From NCBI GenBank assembly GCA_965262915.1, contig OZ253564.1, forward strand, positions 2,176,001 through 2,240,000: DNA of 64,000 bases, given 5' to 3'. This DNA comes from Candidatus Spongiisociaceae bacterium (lineage in GTDB: Bacteria > Actinomycetota > Acidimicrobiia > Spongiisociales > Spongiisociaceae). A program made the position numbers and the translations under genes. This document shows, one piece after another, positions 16,572 through 26,358 of the stretch; position 1 is the first letter of the stretch; every line of letters begins with the position of its first letter. The notes beneath the pieces are model-generated. The model did not search any database, was not told the origin of the DNA, and saw only the letters and a program-made list of their open reading frames with translations.

Positions 16572-19286
16572 ATGATGGTCACGGGTGCCAGCGGTTGTGG
16601 ACGGGCGTTAGGAGCGGCTCGAGTGGCCGTGCTGGTGGTACTGGTCCTGGCGGTGGCGGTGGCGGGCCGGGCGGCCGACGGGGAGGGTTTCTCGGATCTG
16701 GGCGAAGGTGGGGTGCACCGCCCGGCGATAGACGCGCTCGATGCGGCCGGGGTGTTCGAGGGCACCGAGTGTGCAGCGGGTCGGTTCTGTCCTGAGGATC
16801 CGATCCCGCGCTGGGTGGTAGCGGTGTGGTTGGTGCGGGTGCTGGACGACGGTGCGCTACCGCCCGGGGTGGGCGTTTCGTCGTTTGCCGATGTCGACGA
16901 AGGTCTGTGGTGGGCACCGTTCGTGGAGCGTCTGGCGGCTCTCGAGGTCACTGCCGGCTGTGGGGTGGATCCGTCGCGGTTCTGTCCGGACGATCCGGTC
17001 ACCAGGGCGCAGATAGCCACGTTCCTCACCCGCGCCTTCGGTCTCGAGCCCGGTCCTCCCGCCGGTTTCGAGGATGTGGCGGGTGGTGTTCATTCCGGGA
17101 GTATCGATGCTCTGGCGGCTGCGGGGATCACTGCCGGCTGTGGGGTGAATCCGTTGCGGTACTGCCCGGATGAGCCGGTGAGCAGGGGTCAGATGGCGAC
17201 CTTCATAGCCCGGGCCGAAGGGCTGGTTCCCCTGCCCGGTACCGTCCAGTCCTACCGGATCGGCTTCACTCGTCAGCATCTTCCGGTCGACCGGGTCTAT
17301 GTAATGAGCTCCAACGGCGCCTACCAGCGGCAGCTCGTTCCCGAGGGCAGTGGCTGGGGAGCGGTGTGGTCGCCGGACAGCACGCGTATCGCGTTTACCA
17401 GTGAGCATGGTTCGGAAACCGCGTCGCGTATCTTTGTGGTCGACCCCTACTACGGCAACGAGGCGCAGGACCTCGGCATCGGTTACTCCCCGGTGTGGTC
17501 GCCGGACGGTACCCGTTTCGCCTTCTCCAGCTTCGGGGAAAGCGCTACCGACGTTCTGGTTATGGATGTCGACGGTACAGGTCGCCGGAAGCTGGCGGTG
17601 GGACAGGACCCGGCATGGTCGCCGGACGGTCTGAGCATTGCCTTCACGCGTACGGTCGAGGGTGTCGACGGCGTCTTCGTGATCGGAGTCGACGGTACCG
17701 GTGAGCGTTACCTGGGCGAGGGGAGCGGGCCCGTGTGGTCGCCGGACGGCATGGAGGTAGCGTTCACCCGCGCCGTCGACGGTGGTGACGATCTGTTCGT
17801 CATGAACTCCGACGGCTCGGACCAGCGGCAACTCACTCACGCCGACGGCAACGACCGGAACCCGGCTTGGTCGCCCGATGGCGAACGTATCGCCTTCGAC
17901 AGCGAACGTGACTCCGACCTGTCCGAGGAGACCCCGGATAGCGACATCTATGTCATGAACGCCGACGGTTCCGACCGGCGGAGGCTGACGGACGGCGGTG
18001 TCAGGAACTACAGGCCGGTCTGGTCGCCAGACGGGGTCCGCATCGCCTACACCAGCCACGAGTGGCGGTACTTCTACATATATTCGATCAACGCCGACGG
18101 TTCTGACCGGCAACGGCTCACCTACACGAGCGATGATCGGGACCCGGTGTGGTCGCCCGACGGATGGAGCATCGCGTTTACGAGCGACCGGGAGGGGAAC
18201 TATCTGAGTCTGGTGACCGAGATCGACGGTACCGATCAGAGTCGAGTGGTCGATACAGGTCCCGGAGCACCGGTCTGGTCCCCCGGCGGGGCCCACATTG
18301 CCTTCTCTTGCTGTCCCGGCTATCTCGGGTACATCTCCGTCGTTGACACCGGAGAAGCCGGCTTTCCCCGACGACTCGCCGAGACGGCCGGTACCGACTG
18401 GGACAAGGACCCGGTCTGGTCCCCCGACGGTACCCGCATGGCCTTCACCCGCTCCGTCAGCGCCGAGAACGAATTGGGATTCGTTGACGAGATCTTCCTC
18501 ATCGACGCCGACGGAACCAACCTGACGCAAGTCACCCACACCGACGGCGGGGCCTACGGAGCAAGCTTCCCTGTCTGGTCTCCGGACGGTACCCGTATTG
18601 CCTTCACCCGGTCCCGGGATCTCAACCCTGCTCCGAATATCTCGAACATCGACGTCGAGTTGCTCGTCGTGAACTCCGACGGAACCGATCAGAGCCTGGT
18701 GGCCCAGACCTACGGTGACGATCACAACCCGGTGTGGTCGCCCGACGGTACCCGCATCGCCTTCCACCACAGCACGCAGTCCACCACCAAGATCCTCGTT
18801 GTGAATGCCGACGGCTCCGACCAGCGGATACTTGCGCGCACCCGCGGCGAGGAATGGGGTCCGAGGTGGTCTCCGGACGGTACCCGTATCGCTTTCACGG
18901 GAATCACCAGGCGCGGAGGAGTCCCCAGCGTCTTCGTCGTGAACGCCGACGGCACTGACCAGAGGAACCTGACGTTCGGGGCGGGTCCGAGGTGGTCTCC
19001 GGATGGAACCAGCATCGCTTTCGTGGACTATGGGGACACCGGCTTCACATTCGAGATCGTCCGCGCTAACCCAGACGGAACCAACCAAAGGCTTCTTACG
19101 AGAACCGGGCCCGAAACGGCCCCCTCGGGTTTGGTGTGGTCGCCTGACGGGAGCCGCATCGCCTTCAGCAGCAGCCATGACGGTGACGACGAGATCTACG
19201 TGGCGAACGCGGACGGGACCGGCCAGACGCAACTCACCGACAACACCTTCTTCGCGGACTCGGATCCGGTCTGGATACCCGGCTGA
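16572..19286 (+). CDS. Secreted SLH-like domain protein with TolB-like (PD40) beta-propeller repeats
   Basis: Hydrophobic signal; three F.D...(GC..P.R)FCP...VTR.QMA.F modules; about 14 WSPDG..IAF repeats. Confidence 0.9.
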   Translation: MMVTGASGCGRALGAARVAVLVVLVLAVAVAGRAADGEGFSDLGEGGVHRPAIDALDAAGVFEGTECAAGRFCPEDPIPRWVVAVWLVRVLDDGALPPGVGVSSFADVDEGLWWAPFVERLAALEVTAGCGVDPSRFCPDDPVTRAQIATFLTRAFGLEPGPPAGFEDVAGGVHSGSIDALAAAGITAGCGVNPLRYCPDEPVSRGQMATFIARAEGLVPLPGTVQSYRIGFTRQHLPVDRVYVMSSNGAYQRQLVPEGSGWGAVWSPDSTRIAFTSEHGSETASRIFVVDPYYGNEAQDLGIGYSPVWSPDGTRFAFSSFGESATDVLVMDVDGTGRRKLAVGQDPAWSPDGLSIAFTRTVEGVDGVFVIGVDGTGERYLGEGSGPVWSPDGMEVAFTRAVDGGDDLFVMNSDGSDQRQLTHADGNDRNPAWSPDGERIAFDSERDSDLSEETPDSDIYVMNADGSDRRRLTDGGVRNYRPVWSPDGVRIAYTSHEWRYFYIYSINADGSDRQRLTYTSDDRDPVWSPDGWSIAFTSDREGNYLSLVTEIDGTDQSRVVDTGPGAPVWSPGGAHIAFSCCPGYLGYISVVDTGEAGFPRRLAETAGTDWDKDPVWSPDGTRMAFTRSVSAENELGFVDEIFLIDADGTNLTQVTHTDGGAYGASFPVWSPDGTRIAFTRSRDLNPAPNISNIDVELLVVNSDGTDQSLVAQTYGDDHNPVWSPDGTRIAFHHSTQSTTKILVVNADGSDQRILARTRGEEWGPRWSPDGTRIAFTGITRRGGVPSVFVVNADGTDQRNLTFGAGPRWSPDGTSIAFVDYGDTGFTFEIVRANPDGTNQRLLTRTGPETAPSGLVWSPDGSRIAFSSSHDGDDEIYVANADGTGQTQLTDNTFFADSDPVWIPG

Positions 19287-19349
19287 GCCGAGGGGGAGAC
19301 AGCCGCGATCGGTTGGTGTGATCGACAGTGAGGGCGGTCTTCCGATCGA

Positions 19350-19360
19350 GTAGGTTCACG
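19350..19360 (+). repeat. 11-bp direct repeat (left copy) flanking the Xre-RES module
   Basis: GTAGGTTCACG, repeated at 20324-20334; both copies preceded by CGATC. Confidence 0.55.
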
Positions 19361-19465
19361 ATTACCGGTCACGGTTGTTGCCCACAGTATCGACGTTATA
19401 TATGACAGCAATCCGCTATTATTAGGACATATATCCGACATAAGAGTCCATGCGGAGGAGTTGGC

Positions 19466-19798
19466 ATGTCGAGCATGGTCGGCGTGATAGATGGGATGCT
19501 TGTCGGGAAGGTTGTGGATCCGCCCGATGTAGCCAAGGTGACCAGAGCTACAGCGCGTAGCGTTTCGAGATGGATGGAGGGAGTTGAGCCTCGACGGGCG
19601 GCCGAGGAACGGTTGCTGGAACTCCGCTCCGTCGTCGATCTGCTCCGGCAGGTGATGCGCGACGAACCGGCGCGAATCTGGCTGAGGAGTCCCGAACCTG
19701 AACTTGCTTATGAGAAACCCCTCGACCTGATCGAACGAGGCGAGTACCGGAGGGTGATCGGCGTGCTGTTGGCGTTGGCCGAAGGCGTCACGGCGTGA
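19466..19798 (+). CDS. Xre/MbcA/ParS-type antitoxin (DUF2384)
   Basis: HTH (VAKVTRATARSVSRW) plus ARIWLRSP...L....PLDLI..GEY.RV; GGAGG RBS. Confidence 0.88.
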   Translation: MSSMVGVIDGMLVGKVVDPPDVAKVTRATARSVSRWMEGVEPRRAAEERLLELRSVVDLLRQVMRDEPARIWLRSPEPELAYEKPLDLIERGEYRRVIGVLLALAEGVTA

Positions 19799-19799
19799 C

Positions 19800-20327
19800 G
19801 TGAGCGAGCGCGTCGAGCGTGCGTCCACCGCACCCCGACATCGATATGAGGGGGAGGCCTTTCGTTACATGTCCGTACGCCGGAACCTTCCCATGAGCGG
19901 GGAGGGGGCGCGAATCCACGGTGGCCGGTTCAATCCGCCGAACAGCTTTGCGGTTGTCTATCTGTGCACGACTCGATCGTGCGCGGTGGCCGAGTTCCGG
20001 CGCGCGGGCCAACTCCGGACGATCGGAATCACAGGTCTGCTTCCTCGTGCGCTGTACCGATACGGGGTGTCGCTCGAAAGTGTCCTCGACCTGAGCGAAG
20101 GGCGGAGTCGAGATCACTTGGAGGTGACCCTGGAACAGGTTCTCGGAACCGACCTCGATCTTCCCCGCCGCATTGGTGAGGCGGCTTATGGGAGCGGTTT
20201 CGAGGCCATTGCGGCACCCTCGGCAACAGGTGTGGATCATGTTGTCGCCGTCTTCCCGGACCGGGTAGGAGTCGGCGACCTGGTTCCCCGGCTCGAGGAG
20301 ATCTGGGCCCTCCTGAGCGATCTGTAG
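19800..20327 (+). CDS. RES-domain toxin (MbcT/ParT-like NAD+ phosphorylase)
   Basis: SGEGA..HGGRFNP....VYL...A.AE, IGEAAY..GFEAI..PSA. Confidence 0.88.
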   Translation: MSERVERASTAPRHRYEGEAFRYMSVRRNLPMSGEGARIHGGRFNPPNSFAVVYLCTTRSCAVAEFRRAGQLRTIGITGLLPRALYRYGVSLESVLDLSEGRSRDHLEVTLEQVLGTDLDLPRRIGEAAYGSGFEAIAAPSATGVDHVVAVFPDRVGVGDLVPRLEEIWALLSDL

Positions 20328-20334
20328 GTTCACG
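20324..20334 (+). repeat. 11-bp direct repeat (right copy), contains the RES toxin stop codon
   Basis: GTAGGTTCACG identical to 19350-19360. Confidence 0.55.
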
Positions 20335-20513
20335 TAGCTCGGAAAGCGCCGCTCGTCGGGCCGAGCCCGAGCATTCGGCCGGCTCCTCCGATGCGGATGG
20401 GAGGATGCCAGTGGACATGAGTCGAGATCGTGCCACCGACCCTCTGGTCCCTGCACCGCATCCGGCTAGCCCTCGAGATCACACCCGAAGACACCTCGTC
20501 CCGCGGTCGGCGG

Positions 20514-21419
20514 TTAGCCGGAATCGGACAGGAGGGTCATCCGGACATCGACCTCCAGCCGCGAATCGCTGCCTCCCTCGATTACCCCTTTCGTCGGCGG
20601 AACGTCGTCATAGTCGCGACCCACGGCTATCCGCACGTATCGTTGGTCGGCGAGCCTACGGTTGGTGGGGTCGATACCGATCCAGCCCGCGCCGGGTAGC
20701 CGGATCTCGGCCCAAGCGTGCGTCGCTGCTCCAGAGGCGGATCCCGCTTCTCCTACTCCGTTCTCGGTCACGTAGAGGTATCCAGAGACGTATCTGGTGG
20801 GGATGCCCCACGAGCGGGCGACGGCCACCAATACATGGGTGTAGTCCTGGCACACCCCTTTCCTCGAGACGAGGATGTCGTCGATGGGCGAGTCGACCGA
20901 TGTTGCGCCCGGTGTGTACGAGAAGGCGTCGTTGAGGGCCGCGGACAGTGCCAGCACCTCGACCAGAGGATCGGTGTCCGGTTCCATGCCTAGCTGCGTG
21001 ACGAACTCGGCAAGCGCGGGCGAGGGGCGCGCCCCGGGGCTGGGTCCGGTGAAATCCCACCATCGCGGATCGTTCCCCATCGAGCGGACCTCATCCCAAG
21101 CACCGGCCTCCAGACGGTCGGGTAAGGGGGGCGGCGGGTCTACCTCGACGTCAGAAGTCGAAACTACCTCCAACCTATCGTGCTCCCGGTGGAGGGTCAG
21201 CACATGCCTGGTGTTGCCGAAGGGGTCCGTCTCGGTGGTGAAACTCGCCGGAGGTGTTGTCTCGACAGAGAAGTCGAGCAGCCTCTGTCCGGGGGATTCG
21301 AGTGGTCGGAGGCATAGCGACATCGTGCATCGACGAACCGGGGCAGTGTATGCGAACCGCGAGACGTGTTCGATGTGGTAGCGCGTCGCTTCTCCCGTGC
21401 CGTTGCCGGGACGGGTCAT
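20514..21419 (-). CDS. Transglutaminase-like protein (Bact_transglu_N plus core)
   Basis: Y.IEH.SRF.Y, DPFGN, GVCQDYTH, RYVSGYL, THAWAE, GWIGIDPTN, GRDY.DVPP. Confidence 0.92.
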   Translation of the reverse strand: MTRPGNGTGEATRYHIEHVSRFAYTAPVRRCTMSLCLRPLESPGQRLLDFSVETTPPASFTTETDPFGNTRHVLTLHREHDRLEVVSTSDVEVDPPPPLPDRLEAGAWDEVRSMGNDPRWWDFTGPSPGARPSPALAEFVTQLGMEPDTDPLVEVLALSAALNDAFSYTPGATSVDSPIDDILVSRKGVCQDYTHVLVAVARSWGIPTRYVSGYLYVTENGVGEAGSASGAATHAWAEIRLPGAGWIGIDPTNRRLADQRYVRIAVGRDYDDVPPTKGVIEGGSDSRLEVDVRMTLLSDSG

Positions 21420-22413
21420 TGGTAGGCGCCGCCGGCCCTCCCCGCGATGGGAGCCACGACGGGGTAGTCGAAATACGTCGTGGTCACGAGGTCGTGGAGC
21501 CGGCGGCAGGCGCTGCGGATCTCCCGGAGCAGAGCATCCCGGTCGGTCGCGGCAGGCCACTTGTTGTCGACGAGATGGCGGATGTGCTCGGATTGGCGCC
21601 GGGTCCGGTCGGTGGACGCGGCGTCGGGTCCTGGTCCGACCGCGACCAACTCGCTGCACAACTCCGAGACCGACAGACTGAGGGAGTCGGGGAGTCGGGG
21701 AGTTGGGGGTTGGTCACCAGCAGGTCCAGGACCCGGTCGGGTTCGATGGCGGCGCTGGAGGCGCGGTTGTAGGCCTCGAACGCGTAGTAGTGGCGTAGCA
21801 GGCTCGTCCAGTAGGCGTCAGCCGGGACCTCGAACAGCCGGACCGCGGCTATCTGGGCGATCAGCAGGGAAGACGAGAGCTGGGCGCGCTCAACGTAGTT
21901 GCCCAACTGCACGAAGTGCCACGCGTCGTCTCGGTACAGGGTGGATGAGGTCACACCCCGGAACGTATCGATCTCGGCAGCCGTCTCGGCGTAGAAGTTC
22001 TCGGGAGATCTGAGCCAGATGTCCTGTATCGCCATGCCCTGGAGCCGTAGGTGGGACCGGTTGAGGCAGGTCCACATCTCGGCCGAGATGTGGTGGCGCA
22101 TCTGGCGTGCGTTCTCCCGACCCTGGGCGAAGCAGGTACGGATCGAATCCGGGTTGGTGGGCTCGAATGTGAGGTCGTCGGTGAGCGTGAAGGAGTCGGC
22201 CAGGGTGTACAGGTCGTCGGTGTCGAGTTCCAGTGCACCGGCCTGCGGTTGCCGCTCGAAGGCGCCGTATATCCGGTGCCAGCCGAAGTAGATGTCCCGG
22301 GGCGGGCTTTCCACGAGGGACTCGGTCTGCTGCTTGAGGAGCCGGGATAGGTGGCGGGCCCTCTCCAAGTAGCGGCCCATCCAATACAGCCCGGCGGCGC
22401 TTCTGGACAGCAT
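21416..22413 (-). pseudogene. Alpha-E domain protein (DUF403), frameshifted by an 8-bp tandem duplication
   Basis: MLSRSA..LYWMGRYLERA, RENAR..R..IS.EMW, G..VERA; GGGAGTCG duplicated at 21682-21697; removing one unit joins ...NPQLPDSLSLSVSELCSEL... to the 21416-21661 frame. Confidence 0.85.
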
Positions 22414-22419
22414 CGCGGA

Positions 22420-23853
22420 TCAGTCCTCCAGCACCCAGAAGTCCTTGCCGCCTCCGCCCTGGCTGGAATTGACAACCAGGCTGCCGCGGCGAAGGGCGAT
22501 ACGGCAGAACGCTCCGGGCACCATTCGGGTCTCGCGCCCGGACAGGATGAAGGGACGCAGGTCTACGTGGCGAGGCTCCAGGCGACCTTCGATGAGGCAG
22601 GGCGCACGCGACAGGGCGAGCGTGGGTTGGGAGATGTAGTCGGCGGGATCCGCCCTCAGCCGCATCGCGAAGTCGTTGCGCTCGGCAGGCGTCGAGTGGG
22701 GGCCGATCAGCATCCCGTACCCGCCCGACTCGCCCACCCGCTTCACCACCAGACCTTCCAGGTTGTCGAGGGTGTACTCGAGGTCCTCGGGGCGCCTGCA
22801 GAGGTAGGTCTCGACGTTCTCGAGCAGCGGTTCGGCACCCAGGTAGTAGCGGATCATGTCTGGAACGAAGGCGTAGAGGCTCTTGTCGTCCGCTACGCCG
22901 GTTCCGGGGGCGTTGACCAGCGACACGTTTCCCAGGCGGGCGGCATGCAGCAGACCGGGCACACCGAGCAGGGAATCGGGACGGAAGACCAACGGATCCA
23001 GGTAGTCGTCGTCGACCCGCCGGTAGATCACATCCACCCGTTTCAGCCCCGAGGTGGTACGCATGTACACGTAGCCGTCTTCGACCAGGAGATCGCGGCC
23101 CTCCACCAGGTCGGCGCCGATCTGGCGGGCCAGGAACATGTGCTCGTAGAAAGCAGAGTTGTAGATACCCGGGGTAAGCAGTGCCATCGTCGGATCCGAG
23201 GGGCCCTCGGGCGCGAGTTCGCGCAGGGTCTGGGCGAGGACGAGCCCGTAGTTCTCGATGTCTCGCACCCGGGAACGGCGATAGAGGAGCCGATGGGCGG
23301 ACTTGGTTGCCTTCCGGATGGCAAGCATGTACGACACTCCGGAGGGCACGCGCAGGTTGTCCTCGAGGACGCGGAACCCGTCGGTGGTGCGAACCAGGTC
23401 GGTCCCGCAGACCGCCGCCCACACGCCGTGGGGAGCCTTGAAGCCCCGCATCTCAAGGCGGTATTGCGGGCAGTCCCGGACCATGTCCGCGGGTATCACC
23501 CGATCGGCGATGATCCGGGCTTCGCTGTAGATATCCTCGAGGAACCGGTTGAGGGCGGATAGACGTTGTTCCAGACCGGCTGTGAGGTCACTCTATTCCG
23601 TTGCGGACATCACGCGAGGTATGCAGTCGATGGGGATGATTCGCTCGGTTTCCTCGTCGTCGCCGTAGACGGTGAACGTGATTCCTTCGTTGGTGAAGGA
23701 GCGGGTGACCCACTCCCCGATGGCGCCCAGGTCGGGAGGCGACAAGCGCCCTAGTGTGTCGTAGAGCTCCTGAGAGTGGCGATGCGGCGAGCCATCGACC
23801 CCGAACATCTCGTCGTATATGGCCGCGTCAAGGTCGTAGCTGTCGAAGTTCAA
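22420..23853 (-). pseudogene. Circularly permuted type-2 ATP-grasp protein with in-frame TAG
   Basis: YDEMF...GITFTVY...ERIIP.D.IPR..SATE*SDLTAGLEQRL.ALNRFL.DIY...VLEDNLRVPSGVSY...VNSSQGGGGKD.WV; TAG at 23593-23595 where Trp is expected. Confidence 0.88.
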
Positions 23854-24010
23854 AAGGTTGACCTCGGTCTTGCGCCGTGATCAGTTCGAGCGGCGATGAT
23901 CGTATCCCTTCCGTTCCCGCCCGGCCATCCCGTGGTGAGGGACGCCCGATTGCGGGGCCCGGCGATGTTAACGATCGACGCGATGAGCCTCGTTGCGGGC
24001 ACGGTGGCCG

Positions 24011-24550
24011 CTAAGCCTCGCCGAGCCGTTCGAGTTCGGCCACGCTGCCCCTGTCCGGGCCGGGACAGGTCGGTTTGGTGGGTTCCGGGATCACCAGAAC
24101 CGGGACCTTGGAGGCGGCCGTTACCGTCATCGAGATGCTGTTCCAGGCTGACCCGGTGAAGAGACGGCGGGTCGCGCCGAGCACGATCAGGTCGGCGTCG
24201 ATCATCTCGGCGGTCTTGAGGATCTCGTCGGCGACGTCGCTCGCCTCCACGAAGACCGTTCGCGGTGCGATGTTGCGGCACTTCAGTGCCGCCACCACGG
24301 GTGCCACCATCTTCGAACCCCTTTCCCGGACGTAGCGCTCGGCGGCGGTGCTGGTGCTCGGTCCGGTCCGTTCCGGGGATGAGGCGTCGAACGGCCGCCA
24401 ATCGTCGGCGGCGAGTTCCTCGAGGAACTCGTGAGGAGTCTGGACCACGTTCATGACTGTCACCGCGCCGCGGGAACCGGCCAGGACTTCGACAATGTCG
24501 GCGACCGGTTCGGGAGGTAACACTCCGGCGGTGGTGACGAGGATACGCAC
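24011..24550 (-). CDS. Universal stress protein (Usp)
   Basis: MRILV..., DEILKTA....ADLIVLG.....GS....S..V......PVLVIP; TAGATT -10 box 7 nt before GTG. Confidence 0.85.
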   Translation of the reverse strand: MRILVTTAGVLPPEPVADIVEVLAGSRGAVTVMNVVQTPHEFLEELAADDWRPFDASSPERTGPSTSTAAERYVRERGSKMVAPVVAALKCRNIAPRTVFVEASDVADEILKTAEMIDADLIVLGATRRLFTGSAWNSISMTVTAASKVPVLVIPEPTKPTCPGPDRGSVAELERLGEA

Positions 24551-24562
24551 AATTCAGAATCT

Positions 24563-24645
24563 AGTGGTCTGTCTGTGAAACGGCGGCGTGGTATGCGCCG
24601 GTAGCGAGGGGCGCCGATGGCAAGTTGTTTCGCAGGCAGACCACT
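24563..24645. mobile_element. Short palindromic element/MITE (second family)
   Basis: AGTGGTCTGTCTGTGAAAC ... GTTTCGCAGGCAGACCACT IR (2 mismatches, both G:U-compatible); left end recurs at 48733. Confidence 0.6.
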
Positions 24646-24804
24646 CGGTGGTGATGTCGGACGATGGAGACTCAAAGGCCTTCCGTTCGGGCAGGCGGAA
24701 CCCGCTCGGTCTCGGGATAGAGGTTCCGGCCGGGGCTGCGGTTACTCTCGAATCGGAACCTTCGTAAAGAAGGCGCCGCGGTAGCGCGATACGAGGAGGT
24801 GGAC

Positions 24805-25305
24805 GTGCCCGAGCCCGTACTCATCAACAGGGTCACATGGATGATTCCCAACGCCCTGGCCCTTGTGGGGTCCCGGTCGGGTGACGAGTGGAACGGTATG
24901 ACCACCTCCTGGATCACCCAGCTGTCCATGGAGCCGGTCATCATCGGGATCGGGGTCGACAACAAGGCGGTCACCCACCGCCTGATAAGCCGGGGCGGCG
25001 CATTCAGTGTCAATCTCTGGTCGCCCGAAGACACCAGGGTGTTCGTCAAGTTCTCCAAGCCGGCGGTCAAGGCAGGGATGACGCTGAACCGCCGACCCAT
25101 CCGCGAGGGGATCACGGGGGTACCGATATTCGAGGAGGCGATCGCATGGATGGAGTGCGAGGTCCGCAGGTCCATGGACTTCGGCACCCACACCCTTTTC
25201 GCCGGTGAACTGGTGGCAGCCGGTATCGTCGACGATTCCGGCCGGGCCGCCTGGATAGGGGATACCCGCATGAAGTACGGGGGCGTACGCCGGGGCGGTC
25301 ATTGA
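24805..25305 (+). CDS. Flavin reductase-like protein
   Basis: NGMTTSWITQLSMEP, GAFSVN, TGVPIF.EAIAW.EC.V...GTHTLFAGE. Confidence 0.88.
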   Translation: MPEPVLINRVTWMIPNALALVGSRSGDEWNGMTTSWITQLSMEPVIIGIGVDNKAVTHRLISRGGAFSVNLWSPEDTRVFVKFSKPAVKAGMTLNRRPIREGITGVPIFEEAIAWMECEVRRSMDFGTHTLFAGELVAAGIVDDSGRAAWIGDTRMKYGGVRRGGH

Positions 25306-25338
25306 TCAGCCCGGGCGATATCCGGTTGATCCGACTGG

Positions 25339-25437
25339 GAGGGTGGTGCAAAACCCCTTCACGGCCCGTCGACCGATGACATAATGCCTGTTCAGAGGAA
25401 GACGGGCCGTTGCTCCCCAACGTTTTGGACCACCCTC
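25339..25437. mobile_element. Palindromic MITE, copy 2 (inverted relative to copies 3 and 4)
   Basis: GAGGGTGGTGCAAAAC ... GTTTTGGACCACCCTC; CTGG duplicated at both flanks; interior aligns by eye to the reverse complement of 57358-57455. Confidence 0.8.
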
Positions 25438-25458
25438 CTGGAGGGCTGAAGGAGATCG

Positions 25459-26217
25459 ATGGAGGCACGTATGGACGGCAAGGTCGCGGTGGTAACGGGT
25501 GCCTCCCGCGGGATCGGTGAGGCGATAGCGGCCGGGTTCCTGGCCGAGGGTGCTCGCGGGGTGGTGATCACCAGCCGTCGGAAGGAGAACATAGAAGCGG
25601 CGGCGGACCGTCTCGCCGATCCGGGCCGGGTGGTTCCGGTGGTCGCCAAGTCGGATACCACCGACGGGGCGGCGGCCGCCATCGATGCCGCCGTCGACCG
25701 GTTCGGGGCCTGCGATGTGCTGGTCAACAACGCCGGCACCAACCCGGCCTACGGGCCGCTGATGGATGTCGATCTCGGAGCGGTGAACCGGACCTGGGAG
25801 GTGAACCTCCTCGGTCCCCTGGTGTACACGAGGGTCGCCTGGGACCGGTGGATGAAGGATCGTGGGGGTGTGGTCTGTAACAACGCGTCGGTGGGCGGCC
25901 GCCTCCCGGGCCACGGTATGGGTGCCTACAACATCTCCAAGGCCGGCCTGATCTACATGACCCGGCACCTGGCCCTCGAGCTGGCTCCGGGGGTGCGGGT
26001 GGTGGGGGTGGCCCCCGGGGTGGTCAGGACCCGATTGTCACGGCTTCTCTGGGAGAACGAGGATGCGGCAGCCTCGCTGCACCCGCTGGGAAGGATCGGT
26101 GAGCCGGTCGACGTGGCCGGGGCGGTTGCGTTCCTCTGCTCGGACAGGGCGTCCTGGATCACCGGCGTCACGTTGGATGTGGACGGCGGCATCGCCAACG
26201 CTTCGGGATACGTGTAG
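25459..26217 (+). CDS. SDR family oxidoreductase
   Basis: TGASRGIG, LVNNAG, YNISK catalytic motif, FL.S..ASWITG..L.VDGG. Confidence 0.93.
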   Translation: MEARMDGKVAVVTGASRGIGEAIAAGFLAEGARGVVITSRRKENIEAAADRLADPGRVVPVVAKSDTTDGAAAAIDAAVDRFGACDVLVNNAGTNPAYGPLMDVDLGAVNRTWEVNLLGPLVYTRVAWDRWMKDRGGVVCNNASVGGRLPGHGMGAYNISKAGLIYMTRHLALELAPGVRVVGVAPGVVRTRLSRLLWENEDAAASLHPLGRIGEPVDVAGAVAFLCSDRASWITGVTLDVDGGIANASGYV

Positions 26218-26223
26218 GGGTTC

Positions 26224-26258
26224 GGTTGCCGGTTGCCGGTTGCCGGTTGCCGGTTGCC
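26224..26258 (+). repeat. Perfect heptamer tandem (GGTTGCC)x5
   Basis: Read directly; begins 7 nt after the SDR stop. Confidence 0.9.
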
Positions 26259-26328
26259 CGAGTATGAGATAGTCGTGCCTTCCCCTATGTTGTATTAGTA
26301 GACGCTAATACCGACTACGCGTCAAGGG

Positions 26329-26357
26329 ACCACGAATCCACGAGCCACGGACCACGG
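26329..26357. repeat. Degenerate 7-bp array (CCACG core)
   Basis: accacga atccacg agccacg gaccacgg, immediately after the nei stop. Confidence 0.6.
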
Positions 26358-26358
26358 C

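Noticed and set aside
17360-19150. Regularly spaced TGGTCGCCGGACGG repeats as a CRISPR array or DGR repeats
   Set aside because: They are the coding WSPDG motif of PD40 repeats within one ORF; no cas genes or reverse transcriptase in the window.
16857-19232. 791-aa antisense ORF (also 28701-30434, 52346-54034, 57051-58976 and many others)
   Set aside because: Shadow frames opposite well-supported genes, expected in high-GC DNA; no motifs of their own.
23593-23595. Pyrrolysine or readthrough recoding of the in-frame TAG
   Set aside because: The position corresponds to Trp (single TGG>TAG change), the next gene is also broken, TAG is used as a normal stop elsewhere, and no pyl genes are seen.
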